64,000 bases of DNA, taken from contig CBDDBZ010000039.1 in NCBI GenBank assembly GCA_965225945.1, positions 192,001 through 256,000 on the forward strand, in the 5' to 3' direction. Below are positions 42,933 to 53,679 of the stretch, piece by piece. Positions within the stretch are counted from its first letter, which is position 1. The number at the start of each line of letters is the position of its first letter. Made by a program: the position numbers and the translations under genes. The notes under the pieces were generated by a model. It was not told where the DNA came from and ran no database searches. It saw nothing but the letters and a program-made list of their open reading frames with translations. This stretch comes from Alphaproteobacteria bacterium (GTDB taxonomy: Bacteria > Pseudomonadota > Alphaproteobacteria > GCA-2731375).

Positions 42933-43110
42933 TCAAACCAACGCGTCGGGCATCGAGTCCTTGCGTTTGCGCATGAAGGCTTGCAGCGCCTCGTCGATTC
43001 CCGGGTCGAGCGGCGGGGCAACGTATTCCTGGAGCCGCCGCTTCCAGAGCGCGCTCGGCCCGCCTGGCGGCGGCGGCACCGCCGCGTCCGCGTCTCGCCG
43101 ATTTCGCCAT
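42933..43110 (-). pseudogene. Trimethylamine methyltransferase (MttB) family gene reduced to fused N- and C-termini
   Basis: MAKSARRGRGG start joined out of frame to LWKRRLQEYVAPPLDPGIDEALQAFMRKRKDSMPDA, directly after a GcvT-family gene. Confidence 0.65.
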
Positions 43111-43124
43111 CGCTCCGCCCTCCC

Positions 43125-45560
43125 CTAGGCCCTGAGCCGCGCGTTGTCGGGATCCCAGGGCGAATCCCTGATCACCCTGGCCGCCCGCCTGTCGCCCAGG
43201 ATCTCGATCTCCAGCGGCGTGTCGAGCTCCGCCGCCGCCGGGCTCACGTAGCCGATCGCCAGGCTCTTGGCGACGACGTGGCCATAAGCGCCGGCGGTGG
43301 CGCGCCCGACCATCTCGCCGTTCAGATAGAGCGGCTCGTTGCCCATCGGATCGGCGTCGTCGGCCTCGACCTCGAGCGTCACGAAGCGTTGCGGCACGCC
43401 CTCCTGTTGCTGTTTCAAGAGCGCCGCGCGGCCGGTGAAATCGCCCTTGTCGAGATGGACGAAGCGCTCGAGTCCGGCCTCGAGGACGCTGTATTCCCGG
43501 GTCAGATCCTGGCCCCACATGCGGTAGGACTTCTCGATGCGGAGCGAATCCATCGCCCGCATGCCACACATCGCCAGACCGAATTCCGCGCCTGCGTCCA
43601 CCAGAGCATCGAAGATGTGGTTCTGGTATTCGATTGGGTGATGCAGCTCCCAGCCGAGTTCGCCGACGAAGTTGACCCTGAGCGCGCGCACCCCCGGTGC
43701 CAGGCCGACGTCGATCCGCCGGCCGGTGAGCCAGGGAAAAGCCGGGTTCGAAAGCTCGGCGTCGCTGACCTTGGCCAGGATGTCGCGGGCCCGTGGGCCG
43801 ACCAGAACCAGGCAGCCGAGGCTGGTGGTCAGGTTTTCCAGCCGCACCGCGCCGTCGCCCGGCAGCCGCTTCACCAGCAGGTCGTTATCGTGGCGTTCGG
43901 CCGCCCCGGAGCTCACCAGATAGAAGCTCTCCGGCCCCTCGCGCATGATGGTGAATTCGCTGCCGACGCCGCCGTTCGGGGTGAGCGCGTGGGCCAGGTT
44001 GATGCGGCCGACCGCCTTCGGCAAGCGGCGCGCCACCAGGGCGTCGAGATAGGCCTCGGCGCCGGGGCCCGAGACCCGGTGCTTGGTGAAGGAGGTGATG
44101 TCGATCAGCGCCGCGCGCTCCCTGGCCGCCCGGCACTCGTTGCCGACGTGGGCGAAATAGTTGGAGCGGCGGAAGCTCCAGACGTCCTTGGGCTCGACGC
44201 CCTCGGGCGCGAACCAGTTCGGCCGTTCCCAGCCGTAGCGCTGACCCCAGACCGCGCCCCGCGCCGCCAGCCGCTCGTGGATCGGGCTCGTGCGCGCCGG
44301 CCGCGCCGCCGGGCGCTCCTCGTCGGGATAGTGAATGACGAAGACGTGCTCGTAGGCCTCCTCGTTCTTGGCCTTGGCATAGGCTTTGTTGGCGTAGGCG
44401 CCGAAACGGCGGGGATCGACGGCCAAGAGGTCGATTCCGGGCTCGCCCTCCATGATCCATTCGGCCAGGACCTTGCCGGCGCCGCCCGCCGCCGTCACGC
44501 CGAAGCTGTGCCCCTCCGACAGCCAAAAATTCTTCAGCCCCCAGGCCGGACCGATCAGCGGGCTGCCGTCGGGCGTGTAGGCGATCGGCCCGTTGACGAT
44601 GTTCTTGATGCCGGCCGCCTCGAAGCTCGGCACGCGTCGGATTGCCGCCTCGAGGTGCGGCATCAATCGCTCCAGATCGCCGGGGAAGAGATCCTGCTCG
44701 AAGGCTTCCGGCACGCCATCGACGAAGCAGGCGGGCGCGCCCTTTTCGTAGGGGCCGAGGATGTAGCCCTGGCGCTCCTCGCGGAGGTAATACGACGCGT
44801 CGCTCTCGCGCAGCACCGGCATTTCCGGTAAGCCCGCCCGGTGGCGCTCGACCAGCTCCGGCACTTCGTCGGTGACGATGTATTGGTGCTCGACCGGGAT
44901 CACGGGCACCTCGAGGCCGACCATGGCCAGCGTCTCGCGGGCGTAATTGCCGGTGCAGCTCACCACGTGCTCAGCTGCGATGTCGCCCTTGTCGGTCCTG
45001 ACCAGCCACTCGCCGTTCGGCTTTTGCAGGATCGCCGTGACCGAGGTCTGGCGGTGGATGCGGGCGCCCCGGTTGCGGGCGCCGATCGCCATCGCTTGCG
45101 TCACGTCGGCCGGCGCGATGTGCCCGTCGTGGGGATGGAACAGGGCGCCGACCAAGCCCGCGACGTTGCAGAGCGGCCAGAGTTCCCGGATTTCGGCGGG
45201 GCCGATCATCTCGAAGGGAACGCCGATGGTGTTGGCGGTGCCGCAATAGCGCTGGTACTCGTCCATCCGGTCCTTGTTGGTGGCGAGCCGGAGGTTGCCG
45301 GTGACGTGGAAGCCGACGTCCTGGCCGGTCTCCGCCTCGAGCGTCTTATAAAGGTCGACCGAATACTTGTGCAGTTGGCCGACCGAATAGCTCATGTTGA
45401 AGAGCGGCAGCAGGCCGGCGGCATGCCAGGTCGAGCCCGAGGTCAGCTCGTACTTCTCCACCAGCACCACGTCCGACCAGCCGGCCTTGGTCAAATGATA
45501 GGCGAGGCCGACGCCCACGACGCCGCCCCCGATCACCACCACGCGCGCCTGGGTTTCCAT
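43125..45560 (-). CDS. GcvT-family FAD oxidoreductase (dimethylglycine/sarcosine dehydrogenase-like)
   Basis: IGGGVVG, TSGSTWHAAG, YTPDG, GWERPNWF, GELGWELH, SLRIEKSY. Confidence 0.92.
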   Translation of the reverse strand: METQARVVVIGGGVVGVGLAYHLTKAGWSDVVLVEKYELTSGSTWHAAGLLPLFNMSYSVGQLHKYSVDLYKTLEAETGQDVGFHVTGNLRLATNKDRMDEYQRYCGTANTIGVPFEMIGPAEIRELWPLCNVAGLVGALFHPHDGHIAPADVTQAMAIGARNRGARIHRQTSVTAILQKPNGEWLVRTDKGDIAAEHVVSCTGNYARETLAMVGLEVPVIPVEHQYIVTDEVPELVERHRAGLPEMPVLRESDASYYLREERQGYILGPYEKGAPACFVDGVPEAFEQDLFPGDLERLMPHLEAAIRRVPSFEAAGIKNIVNGPIAYTPDGSPLIGPAWGLKNFWLSEGHSFGVTAAGGAGKVLAEWIMEGEPGIDLLAVDPRRFGAYANKAYAKAKNEEAYEHVFVIHYPDEERPAARPARTSPIHERLAARGAVWGQRYGWERPNWFAPEGVEPKDVWSFRRSNYFAHVGNECRAARERAALIDITSFTKHRVSGPGAEAYLDALVARRLPKAVGRINLAHALTPNGGVGSEFTIMREGPESFYLVSSGAAERHDNDLLVKRLPGDGAVRLENLTTSLGCLVLVGPRARDILAKVSDAELSNPAFPWLTGRRIDVGLAPGVRALRVNFVGELGWELHHPIEYQNHIFDALVDAGAEFGLAMCGMRAMDSLRIEKSYRMWGQDLTREYSVLEAGLERFVHLDKGDFTGRAALLKQQQEGVPQRFVTLEVEADDADPMGNEPLYLNGEMVGRATAGAYGHVVAKSLAIGYVSPAAAELDTPLEIEILGDRRAARVIRDSPWDPDNARLRA

Positions 45561-45983
45561 GCGCCTGCCTCCCCCTCGTCGGCCGATGGATGCGAGTGTA
45601 GCGCCTCGCCGGCCCTCGCGTCACACGAGGTCGTAGCAAAGCGCCGGGCCGGCGCACTGCCCGCGCCGCGACGGCATTTGGCGTGAATGCGACATGGGTG
45701 GGGCGGGGTCGCCGCGCGGGGTGGAGCCGGCGGGCGGCGACCCCGGCAACGCGCGCGGGCGGGCGCGCCAGTTTAGGGTGACTGCGAACCCATGATTTCG
45801 ACAACCCCGGGCGCCGGCCACGGCTTTCGAGTTCGCCTTGCCGATCGACATTCGAGAACTGACCGCAGGTTAAGTGGACTGTCACCGTTATTCGAGGCGG
45901 AGACGAGATCAATTTTCCATGCCGAACCCAAAGATGTTGTCCAGATCCTTATTTGTCGGGATCAAACCATTAGTGGAATAATC

Positions 45984-46768
45984 CTTGCCTATCCGGTTAT
46001 CACCCACACCCACTATATGTAGTGTGTCTCCTTGGACTGCAGGCAAGGGCCGGCGCAGGCGCATTGAGGAGGCGATCCGGCTAATTCTTGATTGTTCTGA
46101 AAACCGAACCGGAGTTTAATTCACGTCACGTACTTAACATCGGGGGACGGAACGGTGGCGACCAAGGGAAAAACGAAGAAACCCACGGCCAGACGGGAAG
46201 CTGCTGATGAAACGACATCGTCTGAGCGATTGACGGCACTAGTCGAAGAAAGCGACGCGCTGGCACGAATCGTTGCGAAGAACCCGTCCGCGCCTGTTAG
46301 TCTCCTGCGCGTTTTGAGTCGCAGCGAAGACGAAGCGACACGCAAGAACGTGATCCTCAATCCGTTTACTTCATAATGACGTATTGAGCGAACTTGAAAA
46401 CCAGTTCCACAGAGCTATTTGTGAATAATCGGGCACTCGAATCCTACAATTCAATGAAGCTCTGATTTCTGGAATATTCCATCGGTGTCGTTCACCTCCG
46501 ATTTCAGATAAATTTCAATGAAGTGACGGTCCTTTATGCAACGTGGGTTTTGCCAAATCCGACTCAATGATTAGGATTTCCACCACGCTAAAGTGTCGCC
46601 TAAAAGGCGCTACGTCCGAGTCCCTGCTCGGCATCGCCGAGAGATATCTCCGCTTCGACCTGCACCGAGCTTTACTCAGGAACATATCAAGAAATTCGGA
46701 GCCCATCCTGCTTTAACCAGATAGGGACGCTACATATAGTGGGTGTGGGTGATAACCGGATAGGCAAG
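45984..46768 (+). mobile_element. 755-bp non-autonomous cassette, copy 1 (garbled, 785 bp)
   Basis: End cttgcctatccggttatcacccacacccactatatgtag on both sides; target duplication gaataatc; several indels and a 50-bp patch matching the IS1595 end at 48491-48541. Confidence 0.85.
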
Positions 46769-46779
46769 GAATAATCAGT

Positions 46780-47457
46780 GGCTCAATTCGTGAATTGTAT
46801 GCATTAGTGATAGAGTGCCTGGAACGTCAGGAGGTTGGGTTATGGACGGCAAGGGTTTCCAGGTGTGGCTTTCGGCGGCGCGCGGGCTGACGCGCGCGCA
46901 GCGGCGCGAGGCGCTCGCGGGCTGTCGGGCCGGAGCGAGGGCGAGGCATCGAAGGCCGCGATCGAGCTTGGTGTGGAATGCCGTCCGAGTCCCTGCTCGG
47001 CATCGCCGGAGATACGCTGGCTGTCGTTCGGGGCGTCGCTGGCGAAGGGGGAGACGCTCGGCGGCGCGCTCGACCTGCACGGCGTTCCGCTGGCGACCGG
47101 TTTCTGGCGGCGGCGCGGAGCGATTCGGAGGTGCTCAAGGGGATCGTGGAAGCGGACGAGACCTACGTCCTGGAGAGCCGGAAGGGCGCGCGCGGGCTGG
47201 GGCGCAAGGCACGGCGGCGGGGCGGCAAGGCGAAGAAGCGCGGCCTCTCGCGCGAGCAGGTACCGGTTCTCATACGGTCAGCGCGGTGCTGCCCAGGGTC
47301 GATGCGGCGGCGCTCACGGCTGCCCTCGACCCGGTGGTCGCGAAGGACGCCCTGCTGGTCTCCGACGGCGGCGCGAGCTACCCAGGCGGGGTGAGCCACG
47401 AAGCACTCAACCGCTCGATGGGGGAACGGGTTCGGGGCGATCTGCATGTGCAGACGG
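46780..47457 (+). mobile_element. Degenerate partial copy of the IS1595 element at 62129-63153
   Basis: Same end ggctcaattcgtgaattgtatgc and MDGKGFQVWL start; many deletions and patches from the 755-bp cassette. Confidence 0.8.
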
Positions 47458-47459
47458 TA

Positions 47460-48541
47460 CGTCCCTATCCGGTTAAGGCAGGCAGCGCTCCCTGCGAGCC
47501 TTGTATACCGTCGACCAGTTCCCTTGTAGGTGATGGTCGGTCGGGTCATGGCGCGGTGCAACACGAAATCGGCAAGGTCGAAGATGCGTTTGCGCCGGTT
47601 GAAGCGGTAGTTCCATTCCCGGACGTAGCGCGGCAAATGCTTGGCGCTCACCCCGTGGTAGGTTCCGTTGAGCCACGTCTTCACGTTGGAAAACAGGACA
47701 TGGACGACCGGCATGAGCTGCTCGGCGTTCTTGCCTTGGCCTTGAACGACGGGCTGGTGGCGATAAGTATCGCCAAGCTTGGCGTAACTCTTGAAAGCGT
47801 CGCTGTCGAGGCGGCTTCCCGGCTTCACCGAGGCGCGCACGAAGTCGCCCAACTCACGGGCGGTGGCCTCGGGCAGGATGGCGAGCCGCGCGGCGCCGGC
47901 GGCGAAGCCGCTCCCCTTGATGCCCTTGCCCGACCCGACCGGCCACTTCTCGACCGCCATCACCAACAGGCTCTTGTTCGGGTTGGAAAGCCCGCGCCCC
48001 CGGCTCTCCGGCTTGCCCCGCCCGCCGTAATAGCTCTCGTCGACCTCGACCAAGCCCTCCAGCGGGAACTCCGGGCGCTCCGTCAGGGCATGGCGCAGCT
48101 TGTGGGCCATCAGCCAGGCGGTGTCGTAGCGCAGGCTCAACTCTCGCGACAGAAACAGCGCCGAGACCCCGCGCTTGTCGCGCCCCATCCACCACGCCGC
48201 CAGGAACCATTTGCGCAACGGTGTGCGGGTGCGGTGGAAGACCGTGCCCGCGGTCACCGATTCCTGATGGCCGCAACCGGCGCATTCGAAGACCCGCGGC
48301 CGCGTCTTCAATTGGTAGTTCCGCCTCTCGCCGCAACGCGCGCAGACGTAGCCTTGCGGCCAGCGCAGCCGAGCCAGCGCCTCGATGCAGTCCGCCTCCG
48401 ATCCATGGCGTTCGAGGAACTCCAATATCCCGCTCATCGAATAGTCCTCCAAAAGCTCCAGCCGATGCGATCAGCCTACACCTCTATGGAGAACATATCA
48501 AGAACATTCGGAGCCCATCCTGCTTTAACCAGATAGGGACG
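47460..48541 (-). mobile_element. IS1595-family element (transposase about 48452-47465)
   Basis: Inverted ends cgtccctatc(c/t)ggttaa; Zn ribbon CARC...CAGC, VEVDESY, SDAFKSY, YHGVSAKHLPRY; probable 1-bp frameshift near 47520. Confidence 0.9.
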
Positions 48542-50213
48542 ATCAGTTAAGATGTCTAGCACGCGTACAAAGGTCTCAGCGTGGCTTTCAAGAAGTCTTT
48601 GAAGTATTTGGGCGCGTTTAGGAGAGGCGCTCTTGATTGTGGCGGCAATGACATTAGGTATCTGTTGGTACAAGCCGTAACTAAGAATTATTAATTGTGA
48701 CAATTCTGGATCAAGAATGCCAATCCTACCTGCATTATATCTATAAAACGGGATATCTAACATATGCGTGCTTTCCAGCCATTCAAAGTTTGTGCCGTCT
48801 TCACTTCGCTCTTGGATGGTGCTTGATAAGCCAGACACCTTTGCCCACAAATTATGAAGCTCGGCTCTGAAGCCAGCGACCATAACGCGCCGTTCCCGTT
48901 CTTCTAATTCTCCTTCACGGCGCCTTGCTGCCTCTTCCTGCGCGTTTGCAGCCTTTCTCTGTTGGTCAGCGTTAAAGATCAATGTGAGAATAATTCCACC
49001 AAATCCGGCAAGGGCACCTATGGTAGTCGCTAGTGCCTTCTCGTCGTTCCAAATTCTCTCCCAAGCCGGCGGAGATCCCAGAAAGAGAACTGCCAAAACC
49101 GCCACTAACCACGATACGAGAGTTCTTGACTTGGTCTTTATTTTTCAGTATCCGCGCGTGCATAGTGGGAAGAATTGCACGTGTGTCTGATGGTCGCGTT
49201 AAGGTGATACAGTTTCTGTGGTTCGTGTAGCCATCCTAAGTATACCGCCCGAGTGAGGCATTCGCGAGTCCAACATCCTCTTAGGCCGCCTCTAATAGCC
49301 ATCACTAGCCGATTCGAAGTTTTCGGCCACTAGGAATGGTGCTGTCGGACGCTGGCGCGCTGGTGGAGCGGTGTATTTTCGACCGCGACTTGCCGCCGGA
49401 CAGATGTTCGCGGTTCCAGCGTCCCCCAGCCCGACAACCCCGGTTTAAACGGCGATGCACGGTCCTTGGCGGGAGAACCGCGGTCGTCAGGTGGCTTTAT
49501 CGGATTTATAACCCAACGTTCGCCCAGGTCGCCATGTAGGCTGTCACATTTATCGTGATCACAAGCCGCACAAACTAGGGGACAGTATATCAATTCCTTG
49601 ACGCTCCCGCCCTGTCCCGTAGGGTGGCGACATGGCTCGTTTGGCACGTGTCGTGGTCCCGGGCGTGCCGCATCACGGCCCCCAGGCCCACCCGCGAAAG
49701 GACGTGTCGAGGAGATAAGGCAAGGACGAAAATGGCATACTGTCCCTTGTTTCAGGCTTACTCGATTCTCTCGTTAGACAATAGCTTCTTTAAATCTCTG
49801 CCCCGGTTGTAATTCGAACCAATTCCCAGTCGCCCATAACGGTCTTGATAGGAGAGATGCTGAGAGCCAAGCTCTAAAGGCGGCCACGGGCGCAATGCCT
49901 TCCGGTATCTCAACGTCAACAGGTCGTGAACTTTTGTTGCATTAAGATTTACAATGGCTTCCTGTAGCAGCAATCCCAATTTCCGATTTCGCCAAAATCT
50001 AGAGACGCTACCGCCACTCGGTAATTTGTCCCCCATTTCAAGGTTATAGTCCCGCACTAGCTCATTTGCGGTAACAAAGCCGTATAACGCTGACAATATG
50101 AGGACACGATTCTTAGTATCCTCTCTGACATCTTCATAAGAAAGTTTTGCCTCACGATACAGGTTTCCCTGATAGCGTTCGTAGGCAGGTAAGTATTCGA
50201 TCGATGAACCGTC

Positions 50214-50968
50214 CTCGCCTATCCGGTTATCACCCACACCCACTATATGTAGTGTGCACCCATTTTCCTGAGTAAAGCTCGGTGCAGGTCGAAGCGGAGA
50301 TATCTCCGGCGATGCCGAGCAGGGACTCGGACGGCATTGTAGCGCCTTTTAGGCGACACTTTAGCGTGGTGGAAATCCTAATCATTGAGTCGGATTTGGC
50401 AAAACGCCACGTTGCATAAAGGACCGTCACTTCATTGAAATTTATCTGAAATCGGAGGTGAACGACACCGATGGAATATTCCAGGAAATCAGAGCTTCAT
50501 TGAATTGTAGGATTCGAGTGCCGGATTATTCACAAATAGCTCTGTGAACTGGTTTTCAAGTTCGCTCAATACGTCATATGAAGTAAACGGATTGAGGATC
50601 ACGTTCTTGCGTGTCGCTTCGTCTTCGCTGCGACTCAAAACGCGCAGGAGACTAACAGGCGCGGACGGGTTCTTCGCAACGATTCGTGCCAGCGCGTCGC
50701 TTTCTTCGACTAGTGCCGTCAATCGCTCAGACGATGTCGTTTCATCAGCAGCTTCCCGTCTGGCCGTGGGTTTCTTCGTTTTTCCCTTGGTCGCCACCGT
50801 TCCGTCCCCCGATGTTAAGTACGTGACGTGAATTAAACTCCGGTTCGGTTTTCAGAACAATCAAGAATTAGCCGGATCGCCTCCTCAATGCGCCTGCGCC
50901 GGCCCTTGCCTGCAGTCCAAGGAGACACACTACATATAGTGGGTGTGGGTGATAACCGGATAGGCAAG
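50214..50968 (-). mobile_element. 755-bp non-autonomous cassette, copy 2
   Basis: 43-bp inverted ends; 8-bp target duplication gaaccgtc (50206-50213, 50969-50976). Confidence 0.92.
50489..50797 (-). CDS. Passenger ORF with leucine-rich-variant (LRV)-like repeats, 102 aa, possibly truncated
   Basis: RIVAKNPSAPVSLLRVLSRSEDEATRKNVILNPFT repeat pattern; GGGGGA RBS-like sequence before GTG. Confidence 0.55.
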   Translation of the reverse strand: MATKGKTKKPTARREAADETTSSERLTALVEESDALARIVAKNPSAPVSLLRVLSRSEDEATRKNVILNPFTSYDVLSELENQFTELFVNNPALESYNSMKL

Positions 50969-51169
50969 GAACCGTCTTGCATTCCAATATCAACCCCCGG
51001 AGGAAAAGCAAATCGGCGACCCAACTCAGCGCGAGCTTCCCGTAGTAGACTCTGCGAATCGGGGCTTAAGAATCGGGGCTTAAGAGAGGCAGTGCTGAGG
51101 CCGTTATGTCGTATGGCACATCTCCGGCGTCTCGTTTCTTTTTGCAACAAGGGATCAATATGATAACTG

Positions 51170-51910
51170 TCACTCAAGTTCTCTCTTTTCACAAAGTTGG
51201 TTCATGCAGCATTGAGTACAGTTAGGAGCCGTCTCGCTACACCACTGGCGACCAATAATCCACAGAGCAGGATCAATTCCTCCTGGATAATCCGGATTGA
51301 GTGCTGCTGCGGCGCGGAGAGCTTCAGCTTCACTCAATCTCTGCGCAACGCCAAGCCGGTAGAGGACGCGTTGCACATGAACATCAGGTTTGACATCCAT
51401 TACGCTTTGGTCAGGAAGCTGCACGTGCCAACATCGCTCAAGCAAAATAACTGCCATGGATGCAATGCCCTCACCGACCCCATGAATACTTCTGAATTCA
51501 CGCTTGACTTGATGGGCCGTCTTGCCACGCCAGATTAGTTCTGCATTGCCACCGAAGTCGTTATACACGAGCCGTGCTAGGTCAAAGATCGTTCGCGGCG
51601 CATCATTCATGTATCTCGGTTTCTTGGGTATTCGGGACAACGCCTCTGAAATCTGCTGCTCGGTCATTTGAGCTAGATACTCGGAATTGAGATGACCGAG
51701 ATCTTGGCGAAGCCAGAATGGGATCGTCCATATGATCTCCGCCCTTGCCCCACGATCGAGTACGACAGCGAGAGAAAACGCAAACGGATCTTCGGCAACG
51801 AGCCGTGTCGCATCCGGCTCAAGAGTGGGCATCAGCGCCTCTGGCGGCACCGAAGCAGCGAACCGGAGGAGTTCCTCCCTGACAGGGCCCAAGCCACTCT
51901 CTGAGACCAT
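51170..51910 (-). CDS. HhH-GPD (endonuclease III-like) DNA glycosylase with 4Fe-4S cluster
   Basis: IHGVGEGIA HhH motif, PDVHVQRV catalytic Asp, C-x6-C-x2-C-x5-C at the C-terminus; low GC. Confidence 0.85.
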   Translation of the reverse strand: MVSESGLGPVREELLRFAASVPPEALMPTLEPDATRLVAEDPFAFSLAVVLDRGARAEIIWTIPFWLRQDLGHLNSEYLAQMTEQQISEALSRIPKKPRYMNDAPRTIFDLARLVYNDFGGNAELIWRGKTAHQVKREFRSIHGVGEGIASMAVILLERCWHVQLPDQSVMDVKPDVHVQRVLYRLGVAQRLSEAEALRAAAALNPDYPGGIDPALWIIGRQWCSETAPNCTQCCMNQLCEKRELE

Positions 51911-51990
51911 CACGGCGGACCTCACAATCTTTCTCCCGAGAAACGATATCACGGAAATTGGGGAGAGGAAAAATGGGGGCAGCGCGCTGG

Positions 51991-52864
51991 GGGTCAGGTC
52001 TTGCATCTTGCGCTTTGCTACCGAATGATCGCCTCGTGTCGAGACCGCTCCGCATCGAATACCCCGGCGCGCTCTACCACGTGACGAGCCGCGGCAACGC
52101 GCGCGCCGACATCGTCGGGGGCGACGACGATCGCCGGCTCTTCGTCGACGTGCTGGGCGCGGTGGTCGAGCGCTTCGCCTGGATCTGTCATGCCTGGTGC
52201 CTGATGGACAATCACTACCATCTGCTCGTCGAGACGCCGAGGGCGAACCTGTCGCGGGGCATGCGGCAGCTGAACGGCGTCTTCACCCAGCGGCCGACCG
52301 GACGCACGGGCGGACCGGGCACGTCTTCCAAGGCCGCTACAAGGCAATTCTGGTGGAGCGCGAAGCGCATCTGCTCGAGCTTTGCCGCTATGTGGTGGTG
52401 AACCCGGTCCGCGCTGGCGTGGTGGCGCGCGCGGGGGACTGGCGTTGGAGCAGCTACCGCGCCACCGCCGGCCACGCGCCCGCGCGCGCCTTCGAGCACA
52501 GGGAGTGGATCCTGGCGCGGTTCGGCGCCGATGGCCGGGCGGCGCTCCGTGCCTACCGCCGCTTCGTGGCCGGCGGGGCCGGCACGGCGAGCCCCTGGGA
52601 CTCGCTGGCGGGCCCGGATGTCCTGGGTGGGGCGGCGTTCCGCGACGGCCTGCTGGCGGCGGCGGGCGCGGCGAGTTCGAAAGTGCCGCGGCGCGCGCGG
52701 CGCATGACCCCCGAAGCGCTGGACGCACTCCGCGCGCGCCTACCGCGACCATGGCTACACGCTCCGTTAAATCGCCGACAAGGCGGGCCTCCACTACGGC
52801 TCCGTCTCCAAGATCATCAAGGCATGGGAGGGAAGAGCGCATGCAAGAAGCAAGACCTGAACCC
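51991..52864 (+). mobile_element. REP-associated tyrosine transposase (RAYT/Y1) element, frameshifted, with flanking inverted repeats
   Basis: SRPLRIEYPGALYHVTSRGN, LMDNHYHLL (HUH), GHVFQGRYKA, YVVVNPVRAG, WSSY; gggtcaggtcttgcatcttgc / gcaagaagcaagacctgaaccc. Confidence 0.85.
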
Positions 52865-52919
52865 TTTGTTGTGACCCCTTTGTTGCCATGCGGGCATAAC
52901 TGCCCTCTGACAGAGCTGA

Positions 52920-53129
52920 TCACTCCCACGGTTTGAAGGCGGCGTCCCACCTGTTGCATTCGAAAGTGATGAATTGCGCGAAACTACATTGGCCGTTCCT
53001 GACGACGCCATCAAAGAAAAAAATCGCTTGAACCAAGAGTATGGCAATCACTGACGCAATCGTTAACCAGTATTTAGCGACATCCCACGGTGTTTCGTGA
53101 CTTTTAGGCTCTCCTGATGATTTCGCCAC
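52920..53129 (-). CDS. Small low-GC single-TM hypothetical protein
   Basis: GGAGA RBS, GTG start, one hydrophobic segment, 69 aa. Confidence 0.4.
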   Translation of the reverse strand: MAKSSGEPKSHETPWDVAKYWLTIASVIAILLVQAIFFFDGVVRNGQCSFAQFITFECNRWDAAFKPWE

Positions 53130-53210
53130 CCGGATTCTCCACGCCTAATTGCGGCAAAATTTGCCACAACGCATTGTCCGCTCGCCTCCAGCGACTCTCG
53201 CCGTGAACCT

Positions 53211-53369
53211 TCATGGTTCGTTCGTGGCTGTCAAGCTGTGAGCTTCTGTTCGATTCGCCTTTTGCCGCGCAATCGTCGCCTGTTCGCCGGCTTCCATCAG
53301 CCGGGCGTAGCCGACCATGTCGGCGGCGACGATTGCGCTAAGTCTGCGTTGCTCGTCCTGTTCGGCCAT
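53211..53369 (-). pseudogene. Adenylate/guanylate cyclase N-terminal remnant
   Basis: MAEQDEQRRLSAIVAADMVGYARLME after a GGAGG RBS; similarity ends after about 40 aa. Confidence 0.75.
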
Positions 53370-53480
53370 AGCCTCCCCCGAGCCTTGGTCGGGTCGAGAT
53401 TACCGCCTTTTCCGGATTTCGGGGGACTGTTTCCCGTTTCCTCGGCGCCGGGTCACGCCAAACGCACCGAGAACCACGAA

Positions 53481-53527
53481 CCGCCCTTCATCTCACGGGT
53501 TGTGGGATCGCCCGGGTCCAGGGGGCT
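53481..53527. repeat. Single arm of the MITE-like element at 2106-2244
   Basis: ccgcccttcatctcacgggttgtgggatcgcccgggtccag is the near-exact reverse complement of 2204-2244. Confidence 0.7.
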
Positions 53528-53679
53528 CGCCGTCCCGCCGCCGACGATGCCATGGCGCGCCATGCCCTCCATGAAGCGGCCGACGTGGCGGTCTCGCGCC
53601 CGAAGCGCGACGGCGCGCTCGGGGCCTCGCCGTGCGGCGCCCGAGGTGGTTTTTCAACCGACCCACAGTCCTCCACGAG

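Larger units (their letters stand above)
45909..49163 (-). pseudogene. Low-GC membrane protein gene interrupted near its 3' end by three IS1595-type elements
   Basis: ORF 49105-48542 (...RVLDILTD) continues in frame at 45980-45909 (YSTNGLIPTNKDLDNIFGFGMEN*); likely A-run frameshift near 49140. Confidence 0.65.
49758..51173 (-). pseudogene. YaaA/DUF328-like protein, disrupted by a 14-bp duplication and the 755-bp cassette
   Basis: GTG start overlapping the upstream stop; IILIPCCKKK, then LPAYERYQGNLY, VLILSALYG, YNLEM; aatcggggcttaag duplicated at 51057-51084. Confidence 0.7.

Noticed and set aside
45560-45900. Glycine or other riboswitch upstream of the GcvT-family gene
   Set aside because: No recognisable conserved aptamer motifs by eye; an Rfam scan would be needed.
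49200-49750. Short ORFs between the membrane gene and the YaaA-like gene
   Set aside because: No recognisable motif, RBS or consistent coding signal in any frame.
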